The notes beneath the pieces are model-generated. The model had not been told where the DNA came from. It was given only the letters and a program-made list of their open reading frames with translations, and ran no database searches. Made by a program: the position numbers and the translations under genes. 64,000 nt of DNA from positions 1,269,959 through 1,333,958 of the forward strand of contig CBFFSA010000003.1 in assembly GCA_965644495.1 (NCBI GenBank). The letters run 5' to 3'. This document shows, piece by piece, positions 45,866 through 58,617 of the stretch. Position 1 is the first letter of the stretch, and each line of letters begins with the position of its first letter. The DNA is from Perkinsela sp. CCAP 1560/9. Lineage: Eukaryota > Protista > Euglenozoa: Kinetoplastea.

Positions 45866-46991
45866 ATGACCGTGGTTGACGCTCCTTCAACGCGAGCTTT
45901 ACGGTCGTCGCGTAGTTCTTCCCCTACTGCTGAGTCGCTCGTGCCTACCGAGACGCTCACGCAGCAGGAATTAAGTCTCGTTTGTACGGTGGCCAGAGAG
46001 CGATTATTTGTGAAACCCTCGGTGCAGGTGCAGGCATCTTTCCGTCGCAAGGATGATCGTAATGGTGCTCGACAAACGTTGATGGGCAAGTTGCGCAAGG
46101 AAGGTCTTGACTTATGGGGGGTGTGGGAAGATAAGCCGTCTAAGGAGTACCCCTTTCCTCACCCGGATTTGGACTATTTTGAGATTAACATTATTGAGGA
46201 TCGCGAGGTGCCGTCATCAGTTGCTAATTCGCAAGTCCCTATTTCTGAGCCAGTGGGATCGTCTGGGGAACTGCCAAGTAGCGCCCAAGAAATGGCGGGG
46301 GAGACAGATTGAGGGACCCTCCTTGACGCTTCCGGAGGCCCCACAGGAGGGCAAGCCCAGGCTCCTTGACCCCAACGCATTGAACCCTTATGAACCGATA
46401 ACCTTTGAACCGTGGATTAATGCGTTAGACGACGACGGATTCCGTACCAGAGATTTGATTCGCGAGCTGAGAGAGGCCCCGGAATTTGGTTTGCATGGTA
46501 ACCGATTTTATTATGATCGGAGCTTCGTTAAGCAGCAGGAACGTGTGTTCAATTCGATTTTTTGCAAGTGGATTGTTTTTGCTCGGTTGATACCAAATTG
46601 GAATCAAGGGGTCTATCTCGAGATGGGACGCGGAATAATTCAAACCCTTCGGGATGCTTACTGGCGGGCGCGCCGAGTTGACGTTGATCTCGTCCACCAG
46701 AAAATGGAGAAAGATGTACGCCCAGAGGACAAATTTTATCATCATGTGAGCGATCAGTTAGTCGAACGACAAAAACTGTACGCCCGAGTCCAATCGTTTT
46801 CTACTTCAGGAACGCAAGTTTCACGCCCAAATCCAGTACCTTTTCGTCAGACCGGACCTCTTCAGCGACGAAATTTGTTGTGTTTCGGTTGCCGGTCACC
46901 AGAACATATCTGGCGCAATTGTCCCAAGCGCTTTAATCAGGATTTTCGCTCGCGGGTGGCTGGCCCTGCCGCAGGCAGCAAGAGTTTATGA
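45866..46991 (+). pseudogene. Gag (frameshift near 46300)
   Basis: Two ORFs jointly colinear with 40134-41168; CFGCRSPEHIWRNC. Confidence 0.85.
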
Positions 46992-47014
46992 CTAATCTCC
47001 ACCCAAACGGCCAG
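46940..47014 (+). promoter_or_regulatory. Putative -1 frameshift signal with TGA-CTA readthrough context
   Basis: G GAT TTT, 7-nt spacer, same pseudoknot as copy 1. Confidence 0.75.
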
Positions 47015-47759
47015 TACTATAATTACATTCAAACGAAAACAAACAAGCCTTTTTACGCAAGCCCCGAAGCGGAGGAGAGTGGAATGCAATTTGGTTGTGA
47101 AGGATGTTCAGAACTTAAGCGGGAGGTGCGTGCAATCCGAGAGTATTTACGGCGGAACTTTGAGTCTACAGCAGGCGTGTCCAGCACGCTTCAAATTGGT
47201 GAAATTGTTAATGGGGGTGTCCACACTGACACCGGAAATACGAAACGCATTGGATGCCATGGGAGAGATGTGGAGCACAACAACGTGGCAAGCGAGGGCT
47301 CGCTTGTGGGAAAGACTGACAATGTTTTGTCAGTGGAGGGGAATAGAGGTCACCCCAATTCACGCGGTCGCATTTATCGCAAGTTTGCCAATTCGAATCC
47401 AAGCAAAGTTAACGTACGCACGCAGCCTTGCATCAATTCTCAACCTGGCAGGGCAAGTGGTGAATCCTCTGCGCTTCTACGTAAAATCATTGATGGCCGA
47501 GGGGGCGACGGAGCCGCTACGCCAGATGACCCCATTGACTCTGACCGATCTAAATCAACTGTGGCTCCATCTACCGGACAGCGAAAGACATACCTTGCTA
47601 CTTTGTTGGAAGGCAGCAAGTCGGTGGTCAGAGACGGCAATGTTGACCCGAGACAAGTTTCACGAGATATCGCCTACCAGGATAGTGATTTGGTGGGGGC
47701 GCCACACAAAAACGTCTCGCTTCAATCCTTACCGCCCGTCAATGTATACGGTAGTGGAA
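46992..47759 (+). pseudogene. YR N-terminal part (continues at 52866-53189)
   Basis: AASRW, HTKT; then THSAKRG, AKH, LLRY after the insertion. Confidence 0.85.
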
Positions 47760-48226
47760 AAGTGGTCTTAAAAAAAAACGCGTAAAGGAAAAAGATTCTA
47801 CAAGTAAGTAAAAATAAAAAAGGTCAAAAACACCTTCGATGAAGCTTCATCGAAGGTCCCCACTACCCAACATCATCTGGTATTTTTATCTTATGTGCCG
47901 TCATTACTGTTTTTTTTGTATTATCTTGTGTGCTTTTGGCCCGATTTCCGGAGTAACTTCAAAGATTCAGCATTGTAGACTTCCTACCCAATGTTCTTGG
48001 GCCATATATATAAACTTTTAGAACTTGATAAAATTGATAACCATTGCACATACTCAGTTTCACTTTTTATCTATCTTTATCACCAATGTCTGTCCTAAGA
48101 TGTTGCAACGTCTTGAGATTAAAACCAAATCATCATCTGGCATTTTAGCTTATGTGCCGTCATCACTGTTTTTTTGTGTGTTATCTTGTGTGCTTTTGGC
48201 ACGATTTCCGGAGTAACTTCAAAGAT

Positions 48227-51200
48227 TCAGCATTGCAGACTTCCTACCCAATGTTCTTGGGCCATATATTGCCGCAGTTGCGAGAAGATAGTGTATGCGG
48301 AGAATTTTTCAATTTCCAATTGGAATGCTTCTCGAGTGTTTTCTACGACTAGGCCTGCCCTATTTGCCAGTGTCTTGAGGAGTTCCTTAGTTTCCTTGTG
48401 AAGAAGACCACAATCTGTTACTGGTATGCAGCGAAAGTATTCTTGGTCCAATCCTTTTTCCTGCACATATTTCCGTTGCTTACGGTCTACCGCATTTTGG
48501 AGGAGGGCAACGCTTGTCTGCCGCTTGTAGCTCCCACAACAAGTGTGCACCACTGTCACATCGTAGAGTATCTCCCCAACATTTGGCCACATTATGGCCA
48601 GATCAGGGCCTGAACGAATTCTCCGAGCACGACAAGGATGATGTTCTGCAGCTTCAGGTGAAATGGAACATTTGCACTTCGTGCAGAAGAAGGAAGAATG
48701 AAGGCGTGGTTCTATAGCGCAGGGTACTCCAGCTTTGGCACAAAGATCGGAAAGGTAGCGCACGATGTGGGAGTGCTTTCTCGTACAGTTCATCCCTGCA
48801 CATCTTGAACACCCAGCTACATGTGAAATGATTCCATGTGGTGTTTCCGTGGCGCCGCATCCTGGACAAGTAATTTCATTCGGCGCACCTTGGAGTGCGA
48901 TACCAAGCCGCATCATGAGTGTATATCGGAAGAGATACGGATTCACGTAATTATTTGTCGCTGCCAAGTGGAGATTTGCTTCTTTTGATCGCTTCATAAT
49001 GCCCGCAAATCTATCCTTTTGCATCAGTTCTGAAGCCAGTGTTTCATGTTCTAACTTAATCTGCTTTTTGAAATCAGTACGTGCAGCTTGGCTGGAAATT
49101 TTCTTGTGGTTGGCACCTTTCCGCTCTCCCGTGATATCTACTGGAGCGTTAGTGGGTTTAAGTTGCTCATCAATAGATTTACGGGAAATCGCAAAAAGAT
49201 AGCGTTGCTTCAATATCGTCGATGTTATGCCTAAGCCGCCCATCTTACATGGTAGAGAAGCTAGTCGGAGGGCTTCATCATCTGCATTGCACCATCGTCT
49301 CAACACTTTGTGGATTTCTTTATCAAATACCTCAGCGAGGGAAAACGTTGCCTCTGGAACGTGCACTCTAAGATGATAATCGTGACGTGGAAGAGTACAC
49401 CGACGCAGGATTGCTAGCGACAGGTTACTTGGCCCCATCACCCGTAGACGACGAAAAAGGCATTCATGTTTACTCAGCTTTTCAATCAGTTTATGTTCCA
49501 CAACTTTCGCACTTCCTATGTATCCACCTAACACTTTGATGGACTGTTCGCATGTTGTGACGCCAAGCTCCTTGAGGTTGGTTTTATTTAATACTTCGTT
49601 TGTGTTTCGGAACCACTCGCATTTTCCGTAGTTTATATGTAAATTCAAATCCTGGGTAAGTTCACGTAAATGATGAAAAGCTGCCTCCAGTGACTTTACA
49701 TTCTTTGAGCTCATTGTAACGTCGTCTTGGTACGCTCGAATTTTTACTTCGGGATAATTTTTGGAGACCTCCTTCAACGGTTGTTGCAGGAGAGAGCAAA
49801 AATAGAGCGATGAAAGTGCTGATCCCTGTCTTACTCCTGAAGAACTTTCTATAATCGAGTGTAATGCATTATTGGCGAAGAAAAGGAGTTCGGAAGGCTG
49901 GCCATATTCTAGATAAAAAAGCCGCATGAAGTGTTTAAAGATCGGCTCCTTAAGCAGTGATTTCGCTATTTCCGTACGATGTGGCGTATTATAAGCATTC
50001 TTGAAATCAACTGTGAGTATAGTGTATCCGTCTTTTCGTTCCTCTAACAACTCATGCACTATTGACTCACAGGCTCTTTCTTGTAGAATACCCCGTTGGA
50101 TTGGCTGGAAAAGGGTTTTGAGGGAGCTTTCGTGTCTGTTTAAGAGAATCGAACCGCATATTTTTAGAATTGTGTCGCCCATTGCAACTGGTCGTATGCC
50201 GTTTTGCGGCTTTGCTAGAGCAATTATTCTGCAGCGTGTCAGTCGTTTACGTACGCTTTCTGCCACATCACCATTTATGACGTCACGAAACATGTGGCAA
50301 AGCGCTAGGCAGGATTCCTCATCTTCCACTAAAAGTCGCATCATGCTTTCGCTGAAGCCTGTTGGTCCCGGCGCTGCTCCTCGAGATAGCTTTTCTGTTG
50401 CCACCCGAAGCTCTGATTGCTCAACTACCCCAATTCGTGGAAAATCTTCTTCTAAACGTTTGGGGGTGGGTCCTGTAGGATGGAGCTCTTTCAACTTGAA
50501 AACTTTCTCATGCGGTTCTAGAGATGACTCTCGGTATACATATTCACAGCTGAGTCGATACCTTCGCAAGGAGGACAAAAGTCGGGAATATGCCTTCTAA
50601 AGCACGGAACAATGCGCCTTCGCCAGTGCACTGATTTCAATTCGCTGAGAATCTAACGCTGAGAATCTAAGAACATATAATATAATAATGAAAAAAAAAA
50701 AAAACTATAAAAGTTTACGAAAAAAAATCATCGGTGCGTACCCAAAAGCCAAGACAGAATTAGAAAAATCCATCATTCGGCACAAGCTTTTAAATGCACC
50801 CAGAGACTCCTTGGCCACGATTCGGAAAAGCTGAGCGGTGCTACGTCCAACATTTGATTGCGATAGCTCGTGGACGATGGTGAAATCGTAGTATACATCT
50901 CCGCTTGCCCAATGAATCACGATATCTGGGCCCGAATGATAAAAAGATCCGGATCCGCAGGTTCTTTGGTGATTTTTTTTTTTTTTTTTAATTCGGGGGG
51001 AGATTTGTTTCGGGGGGAAAACCCCCGGTAGGGGGCATCCTGAATAATGAGGTCCCATCTCCTTTGATCAATTCTTATCGTAAACTTTAAGAGCCTTGAC
51101 GAACACCTGCATTGCTCTTTTTTTTTCGGTTTTCAGAAAAATCATATTATATTTCGGGGACAATAATTCGTATATATGCATTTGGGGATTTAATCCTTTT

Positions 51201-52786
51201 GTTTAGTGTCACTGTCTGTGAACATTCATCTCAGTTTCTTTTCATAGACTTTCAGTGTTTACGAATAGCCTTCACACAACACAAAATCAACAAACAGAAC
51301 AATATTTCTACCAGAAACAATACATACAAGTTCTCACGATTCTGCATAGGCGGAAGAGGGGGAAGAGTAGTAGTATTAATGAGAAACCTAAACAACGGTA
51401 CGATCATCAAGGAAACTAGCAACATTCGTAACTCTCAATGAAATCTAATATTAGGATTAGGATTCGTAGGAGGAGGAAAGGGGGGAGAGCTCGCTGAGGT
51501 CTTTCTCTAGGCAAGAGAAAGAGTAAAGAAAAGAGAGAGAAGGGAAGGGAGAAAGACAGAAAGCTTTGTTCGCATTTGAGGAACATTTTTGACCTAAGAT
51601 CGAAGTCCTCCGATACATTGTCCAATCCTCCGTATACATTGTCCAAAATCCGTGTTGCTTTACTCAAATTTCCTGCTTTTGCTGCTGTCAGTGCGTTTCT
51701 TATTGACCGCTGATCGATTGCAAGTTCTTGGCGTTGTTCTTCACTCAGATTTTGGTCATCTAAGAGCTCGCGGTGTCTACGGCGGTGGGCTGAACTCTGT
51801 TTTCTTTTCAAAGTGAGACGAACTGTGGCCAGCGAATCCCTTGGAGCATCCAGTAATTTATGCCATATGGCAGTTTTCTCTGATTCTAAAATGGTTTTAG
51901 GGTAGTCTCGTACAATGGATCGGAAGATGGCTACTACATGAACTGCAAATGATGGATCGATTTGAACGAATGTCGGTAGAGGTTCATAGTCTTGGTTATT
52001 CTCGGCGCTTTCTTCTTCTTCGTCTTGATCTTCATTCTCCTCGTCCAGGAAATTCCCAATCGCCTTTATCTTATTCAGCTTAACAGCACTTAGCGACCAT
52101 ATTTTAATTCTGTCTGACGACGGTAAGTGTAGGATACCTTGTGGACCCTCTCCTTTGCCCTCCTTATAAGAAATCTGAATCTTTACGATTCCTTTCCGTG
52201 AGGATCTTTTTACGACTTCGCCAACGGAGTGATACATCTCTTTATTCCTGCTAAATCCCCATCGCACCTCGCAAGTCGTACCTTTGCCCCATTCTCTAAT
52301 AATTTGTTGGACTTGGTCAGGGGCTTTTGCGAAACATGGGTTGCTCTTGTTTTCTTCACCGTCTGTCGACATAGAATCTGATTGTGTCGCTTTTTCTTCT
52401 TCGGACTTTGAGGCGTTCGATTCATCATTTTCCGAAGTTTCTATATCGATATTTCCTCGTTCAATTCTGTTTCGCATCGTGTATCTCTTCAACTTGATGA
52501 GATTCGAATTCTTCGCTTCCACTTGATCATGAATTTCGTGGTCAGCCCAAATTGGAGAAATGTCTTTTCCTGTGCTTTGACTGATAACCCTAATTCGTGG
52601 TGTCTTCTTGGGTTTCGGTGCGGTCTCACTTTTATTGTAGCTCGGCTCGGTGATTCTGGTGTTCGGAGAAGCGCTACAGCGTCCTTCGCTACAATCATCC
52701 TTCCGGGTAGCTTGCAGAAAATTTCCCGATGTCGCCCCGATGTCGTCCGTGAAGTGTTTTCCAAATCTCGCTTGACGAGCGAACAT
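48227..52786 (-). mobile_element. CRE/SLACS-like element C, interrupted at ~50540-51630
   Basis: RGAAPGPTG, DFKNAYN, GVRQGS, YQDD, GPDLAIMW..YDVTVVH; ATGTATAC duplicated at the interruption. Confidence 0.88.
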
Positions 52787-52863
52787 GTTTAAGTAATCTC
52801 AATGAAAAAAAACAACAACAAGGTACAACAAGGTACAGAAAGTACCTTAGTAAAAGTTAGTTT

Positions 52864-54826
52864 TAGTGGAAGGTCCGGGAACGAGCCGGCTGGCGAACTA
52901 TATTTCCAGACTTGGGGGGTACCAGCCAATGTCTCGAACAACGGTATCCGAGGCGGATCGCCAAATAAGGCGCATTTTGGGGGAAGGATTCGGGACGCAC
53001 TCTGCCAAGAGGGGGGCGATAACTCAGTTGTTCGCCGAGGTCGCAAAGGGGGGTACGAGCCTCGAGGAAGTACAGCGGTTAGCGAAGCATCAGTCGCTGG
53101 AGTCACTCCTAAGATACAATGCAGACCCCGTTACGACGGCGCTAGCGCTGGGTACGCAGAACGCGACAAGCCGGTTAAACATAATGTAGACGCTGATTTT
53201 GTTTTTCGCAAGTTTTTGGAGGACATTCCTCACGAGAAAGTTCGGCATACGATCACACGTACACGACGCACTTCGAAAGTAGCGCTCCCAAAAGATTTTT
53301 CCATCCCACTGCATGTGAAAAAAGGTATTCCACGCATTGAAGTGCAAGCCCTCAGGAATATGATGAATGAGACTGCGGGAGCTCGATTCGATGAGACGTG
53401 GAATACGTTGTTATCTTTACCAGGGGTGGCATCTCGGGTTCCCACATATCGATCTTTCTTGCCGGAGGGAGATGTAAAGGAGTTGGTCGACGCGGGTTTC
53501 GTTTCGCGTGTGGATGCAGAACAGGAGAGTAGTCGCCCCACGATGGATTGGGTAATCCCTTTCACTGTTGTTGAACCGGCCGATGATGGCTCCGAGAGAA
53601 GACGTTTTATTGCATGGACACAGGAGGATAATGAGCGGATTAAGGAGAGTTACGTGCCATATGTTCCTGTGAGACACGCAGCTTTCTATCTACACCGCGC
53701 GAAGGAACAGAGTGCGGTGAAGCGTGATCTTGCGTGCGGATTTTGGCAGGTCGCAATTCCGTTATCATGCCGTCAAAAATTTCGTTTCGTGAATAAAATG
53801 GGGGACCTGTATGAGATGACGGTGATGCCGATGGGCCACCGGTGTGCACCGGAGCTGATGCACGCATTAACTGCAACGCTGGCTGGAGATAGAGAATATT
53901 GTGAGAACAAAATGGCGTTTTTTCATGGAGGCCTCGATACTTATATCGATGGAATTCGATTTGCAGGGAATGACAAGATCACAAACGACTTTGCGCGATT
54001 CGTGGACGATAGAGCGGAGCGGGTGAATGCCTTGTTTAAGGATCATGGTCTTCCACCTGAGCAGCGGTACACATTCAACGGTATAACATATCACCATCGT
54101 GAGGGGAAGGTATCACTGGGACCAAAATTGACCCGCAGATTAGAGAATGATGAATTTATTGGTGCTACGTATTCATCGTTAGAGGCAGGTGTCGGACGTC
54201 TGGTTTTTGCCTCAGGTGTCATGGGTGTGAATCTACCTCAATATCATCTGGAGTTAAAAATTGTGCGCCGGAGAATCAATAGGTTAAATCGAGAACCCGA
54301 ACTGCTCGATCAAATAGTGCCCTTGCCAACGCCAGTACGGGTTGCGCTAACTGAGTGGCGCGATACCCTTTTATATCGATCGCCGGTGGTTCCGCTTCCG
54401 CATCCGGAAACAGTTCCGCATCGGCACATTTTATGTACAGACGCCTCCTCGAAGGGTTGGGGGGCAGTTTTATATCTGGATTACGGACAAATGTTGTGCA
54501 CTGGATCTCAATGGCCCCCTGATTTCGAGTATGAAGTTAACCGCGCGGAAGCGCGGGCTGTTCGCTTGGCCTTTCAAAAATATGGTCATCATTTCAACTC
54601 GGATACATGCGTCGACCTGTATGTTGACAATACTTCGTGCGTTGCTGCGATAAATAGAAAAATGTCACGTTCAGACGGTATAACTTCTGAGCTACGCCGG
54701 TTGTTAGATTTCTTAAAGCGTAAAGGTGTCGCCGTTCAGGCACAGTATATTTGTTCGAGCGAAAATCCGGCCGATCCTTATAGTAGACTCTGCACGGTAG
54801 ACTCGGATAAAGCAGATGTCATGTAG
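52864..54826 (+). CDS. YR C-terminus overlapping Pol RT/RNase H
   Basis: KRDLACGFWQ, YIDG, CTDASSKGWG, NPADPYSR. Confidence 0.9.
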
Positions 54827-54899
54827 TCGACTTACTTTGAATTTGAAGATACGATACCAAAAAACAAACCTCATCTCATCAAACTACCCACTTTCCTGA

Positions 54900-56908
54900 C
54901 ATTCCCGGGCTCAACATCAACATGGAAGGTAATCTGAGCATCTTGGGAAGCCCCATCGGATCTACGACGTACAGCCGTCAGTTCCTCCTCGACAGCGCGA
55001 TTTCCCAGGCGGAGGAATCCCTTGAAGCGATCGAGAAACTGGAGGACCCTCAGGTCGCTTTCTCTCTCATCCGACAGTGCACAGGGTTTTGCCAGATGGT
55101 TTACTCCCTTCGCACGACGCCGACGGACGAACTACTGGACTTATGTCGCAGACTCGACAACGCCGTTCAGCGTACGGTTGAAACGTTTTGTCGCCCACTG
55201 AGTGACATGGCTCGACGACAAGCACAAAGAAATAAACAGTTCGGCGGTCTCGGCCTTCGCTCAGCGGAAATGCATGCCACCTCAGCGTACGTAGCTTCAG
55301 TAGCTTTCGCTTCCGACAAGGATCGATGGGATGCAAATGAGGCTGAGGGCTTTTCTTACGCCGTGGAGGACATTAACCGGCGTGTAGGGGGGTGTATGGT
55401 GGACAAATCTACCGGGAAAATCCACAAGGACTCCGTCATAAAGAGATGCCCCTTCTCGCCCTCCCCCGATATTGACCTTTCTCAAGATTTGGCGATTCCT
55501 CGACAACGCGATCTCAGTCATGCGATTTCAGCGAGAGACTTTGAGGAAGATTACGCAAGAGCGGATCCCCGCACTCGGGCTAGGTGGCTCTCACAAACGG
55601 GCGACGGGGCATCCAACTGGGCCTTCACGGTTCCCTCGACTCTCTGCGGTCATGCCTACACCCCTACTGAATTTCGGACTCTGATTCGTTGGTGGCTCGG
55701 GGAGAGTATATACCCTCAAGGTCACAACTGCCCGATTCCGAATTGTCGCCTCCCACTCGGCCCTGGGGGGGACCATGCGCTAGCCTGCAAGTGCGGCCAC
55801 GGAATCATTACAAGGCACAACGCCCTAGCGGAACAGTTCTCCGCTGAATGCAGCAAGGCCGGGTTGAGCCCACAGAGAGAAGTCTCTCTGGGAAACAGGG
55901 GTCCGGGCGGCGCCCTCACGCGACCCGCAGATGTCTATGTCCGGAACGGTGGTCTCGGTCAGGCCCTCGTCCTTGATTTCGCTGTCACACATGTTCAGCA
56001 ACAAAAGTATACGGACCTGGTCCGTGATGCTAACATGGTGGCAGCCGGGTCATTCGCCGAGAGGTACGCCGTCGAACACAAGCGGAAGCAACGGAAGGAA
56101 GCTGAAGAAGCGAAGATCAAGTTCACAGCTATGGCTGTCGAAACATACGGATGCTGGAGTCCGGCCGCTATGTCGATCTTGCGGGAAGTCTCGAAAGGCC
56201 AAGCTGCGACCTCAGGTGGAACACTTTCGCAAGGGGGGGCGTTACAGCAAATACTAACAAGTCTGAACGTCACCCTCATGCGCTCCCAGGCGCGTATGCT
56301 CGTTCTTCGCCTCCCCTCGGCGAACACAGGCCCTGCACTTGTGGGGTATGGCAAAGAAGAGTAAGGAAAACTTCTGGCCTGGATGTTGGTCGAGTCGACA
56401 GAGTCTATGCTCACGCCTGGCCCGCGAGGGCTAGGTACCCCAAGTGAGGTAGTACACGGGAAGTGAATCTCCTCCCCGTCGACCAGCATCCTGTTTCGCG
56501 ACCGTGTCGCTGTCGACACAGGCCCGCGCCTGCGCCCTCCCATATAGCAAGGGAAGGGTTCACAAGTCAGGCCGTGGAGAGGTCGAAAGACCCGGTCCGG
56601 AACGCGCGAATGGATTGGGCGTGGATTGCTTGTTTTAGTTTTTACTGTTTCTTGTTTGTAGTATATACTTAGGGAAGATTAAATTGCTAGTTTTGGGCTG
56701 AGAAAAAACAAAAAAATTCAAGAAAATATACTTCTGTGGAAATGAAAAGAATTGCTAATTTGATTGCTTGTTTTAAATTCATATACCCCCCTAATGGACC
56801 TACTATGTACTTGGTTCGTCTACTGGGTCAAATTATAGAGGCAATGCCGCGATTCATACTTCTCCCCCCTTATTAATTGCAGAAAAAAAAAAAAAAAAAA
56901 AAAAAAAA
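54900..56908 (+). mobile_element. 5'-truncated group-D CRE with 3' UTR and poly(A)
   Basis: ORF 54922-56364: LGSPIG, GGLGLRS, C..C..DHALAC, RHN, RPAD, LDFAVTH, VETYG. Confidence 0.9.
56381..56628 (+). ncRNA. Conserved structured 3' UTR RNA element
   Basis: Shared with 62823-63072 and 63481-63729; compensatory base changes. Confidence 0.7.
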
Positions 56909-57242
56909 TATTAAGACCACTTTTTGTATTAAGACCACTTTTTGTATTAAGACCACTTTTTGTATTAAGACAAAAAAAAAAAAAAAAAAAACTTTTTTTT
57001 GGAACGCGCGGATGGATTGGGCGTGGATTGCTTCCTTTTTTATTATTATTGTTATCAGAATCATAAATAACTTAAGGCAGGTTGAATTACTAGTTTTGGG
57101 CTACAACATGTGAAATTGCTAATTTGATGGCTTGTTTACAAATCATATACCCCCCCCAATGGACCTTCATGGTTCATGTATTGGGTAATATAGAGGCAAT
57201 GCCGCGTTTCATACTTCTCCCCCCTTATTAATCGCAAAAAAA

Positions 57243-57280
57243 AACTTTAACGATAAAGATACAGTTTCTGTACCTTGTTG
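57243..57280 (+). other. Spliced-leader exon (retroposed), 38 nt
   Basis: AACTTTAACGATAAAGATACAGTTTCTGTACCTTGTTG directly after a poly(A). Confidence 0.85.
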
Positions 57281-57872
57281 TTTTCTTCCATACACCATCT
57301 TCCAGACCATGGGAGGGCACCCCCCTCAAATACACTCCTTTTTGTCGGCATCCCCCTTCCCCGTCTCGTCCCATCACCCCCCTGCGCCGCATCCCCCCAC
57401 CTCACCCTCCCTCCGCAGTGCGCTTGCCCCCCTGTTGTGTTTCTCTCTCGCGTCCACCACCCCCGTGTCAGCAGCCAAAAGTATACAATACTTGCTCACG
57501 GGGTGGGGGCAGAGTTCCTGGCAGATGGGCCCGTGCTTCGCCTCCTCTCGCCCCTGCGTCAGTCGCCCCGTGTCTCTCTCCGCGCTCTTCTCCCTCGGCG
57601 TGACGACGTCTTTGTGTTTCGTGGCCTCCACGTCTCCCACCCTCGTACGGCAACCAAAAGTATTTATTACTGCTAACGGGGTGGGAGCGGAGGTGCAGGA
57701 CCATACGGGCCTGGGTGCATGCGGATCGGTGAGTGGGGTAGGGAGTGAGGGAAGGGAAGTACGAGAGGGCTAAGAGGAGTAGGTGTGGAAAGTATCGGGA
57801 GTAAGGGAAAGTGAAGGGCCGTAAGTGTGGAAATTGTGGAAAAGTTGGAATCCATACATAAAAAGGTAGACT

Positions 57873-58146
57873 CACCCTCGTACGGCAACCTAAAGTATCT
57901 GATACTGCTAACGGGGTGGGAGCGGAGGTCACCTCCACGTCTCCCACCCTCGTACGGCAACCTAAAGTATCTGATACTGCTAACGGGGTGGGAGCGGAGG
58001 TCACCTCCACGTCTCCCACCCTCGTACGGCAACCTAAAGTATCTGATACTGCTAACGGGGTGGGAGCGGAGGTCACCTCCACGTCTCCCACCCTCGTACA
58101 GCAACACAAAGTATCTGATACTGCTAACGGGGTGGGAGCGGAGGTC
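57873..58146. repeat. 72-bp tandem repeat (~3.8 copies) with internal hairpins
   Basis: CCCTCGTAC at 57875, 57947, 58019 and 58091. Confidence 0.95.
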
Positions 58147-58582
58147 CTGGACCACATGGGCCACAGTGCGGACGAGTCGGTCAGTAGGGACGAGTCAGTC
58201 GGAAGGGAGTAAGTGGGAGAAGGGAAGTGAATGTAGTGAGGGGAAGGAAGTAGGGGAAGGAAGGAAGGAAGGAAGGAAGGAAGTAGGGGAAGGAAGGAAG
58301 TAGGGTGAAGGGTTTTAAGTGGTGGAAAGTTCGAAACGTACATAAAAACATTAGACTTTTTTTGAAGCGATAAAATTACAAAACAAAATATATAAAGTCC
58401 ATATTTCATCATCATAAAGAGAAAAAGAAAAAGAAAAAGAAAATCTTAATGGATAGTTCTTGGATAGTTGGGTACTTTTTATTAAGACAACACTTTATAT
58501 TAAGACAACACTTTTTATTAAGACAACCTCAAACGTTCAAGACTGAAAAATTCTTTCTTCTAAAATATATTCTATTTTTTTT

Positions 58583-58617
58583 TTTAACGATAAAGATACA
58601 GTTTCTGTACCTTGTTG
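58583..58617 (+). other. Spliced-leader exon at the 5' end of a full-length CRE
   Basis: Same sequence as the other two copies; ATG at 58668. Confidence 0.85.

Larger units (their letters stand above)
45567..54826 (+). mobile_element. VIPER/TATE-like YR retrotransposon, copy 3, split by a ~5.1-kb insertion
   Basis: 5' end ATAGTTTACG resembles the A1 terminus; TAGTGGAA duplicated at 47752-47759 and 52864-52871; removal restores both YR and Pol frames. Confidence 0.88.

Noticed and set aside
56381-56628. Known ribozyme (hammerhead, HDV, group I)
   Set aside because: No CUGAUGA core; the GCGAATGG stretch folds as a simple hairpin; the R-like motif has no S partner
57873-58146. CRISPR-like array
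   Set aside because: Units are identical head-to-tail with no unique spacers; no cas genes; eukaryotic context
45789-58617. SL RNA genes
   Set aside because: None of the three SL exons is followed by a GT donor or a shared intron; downstream sequences differ
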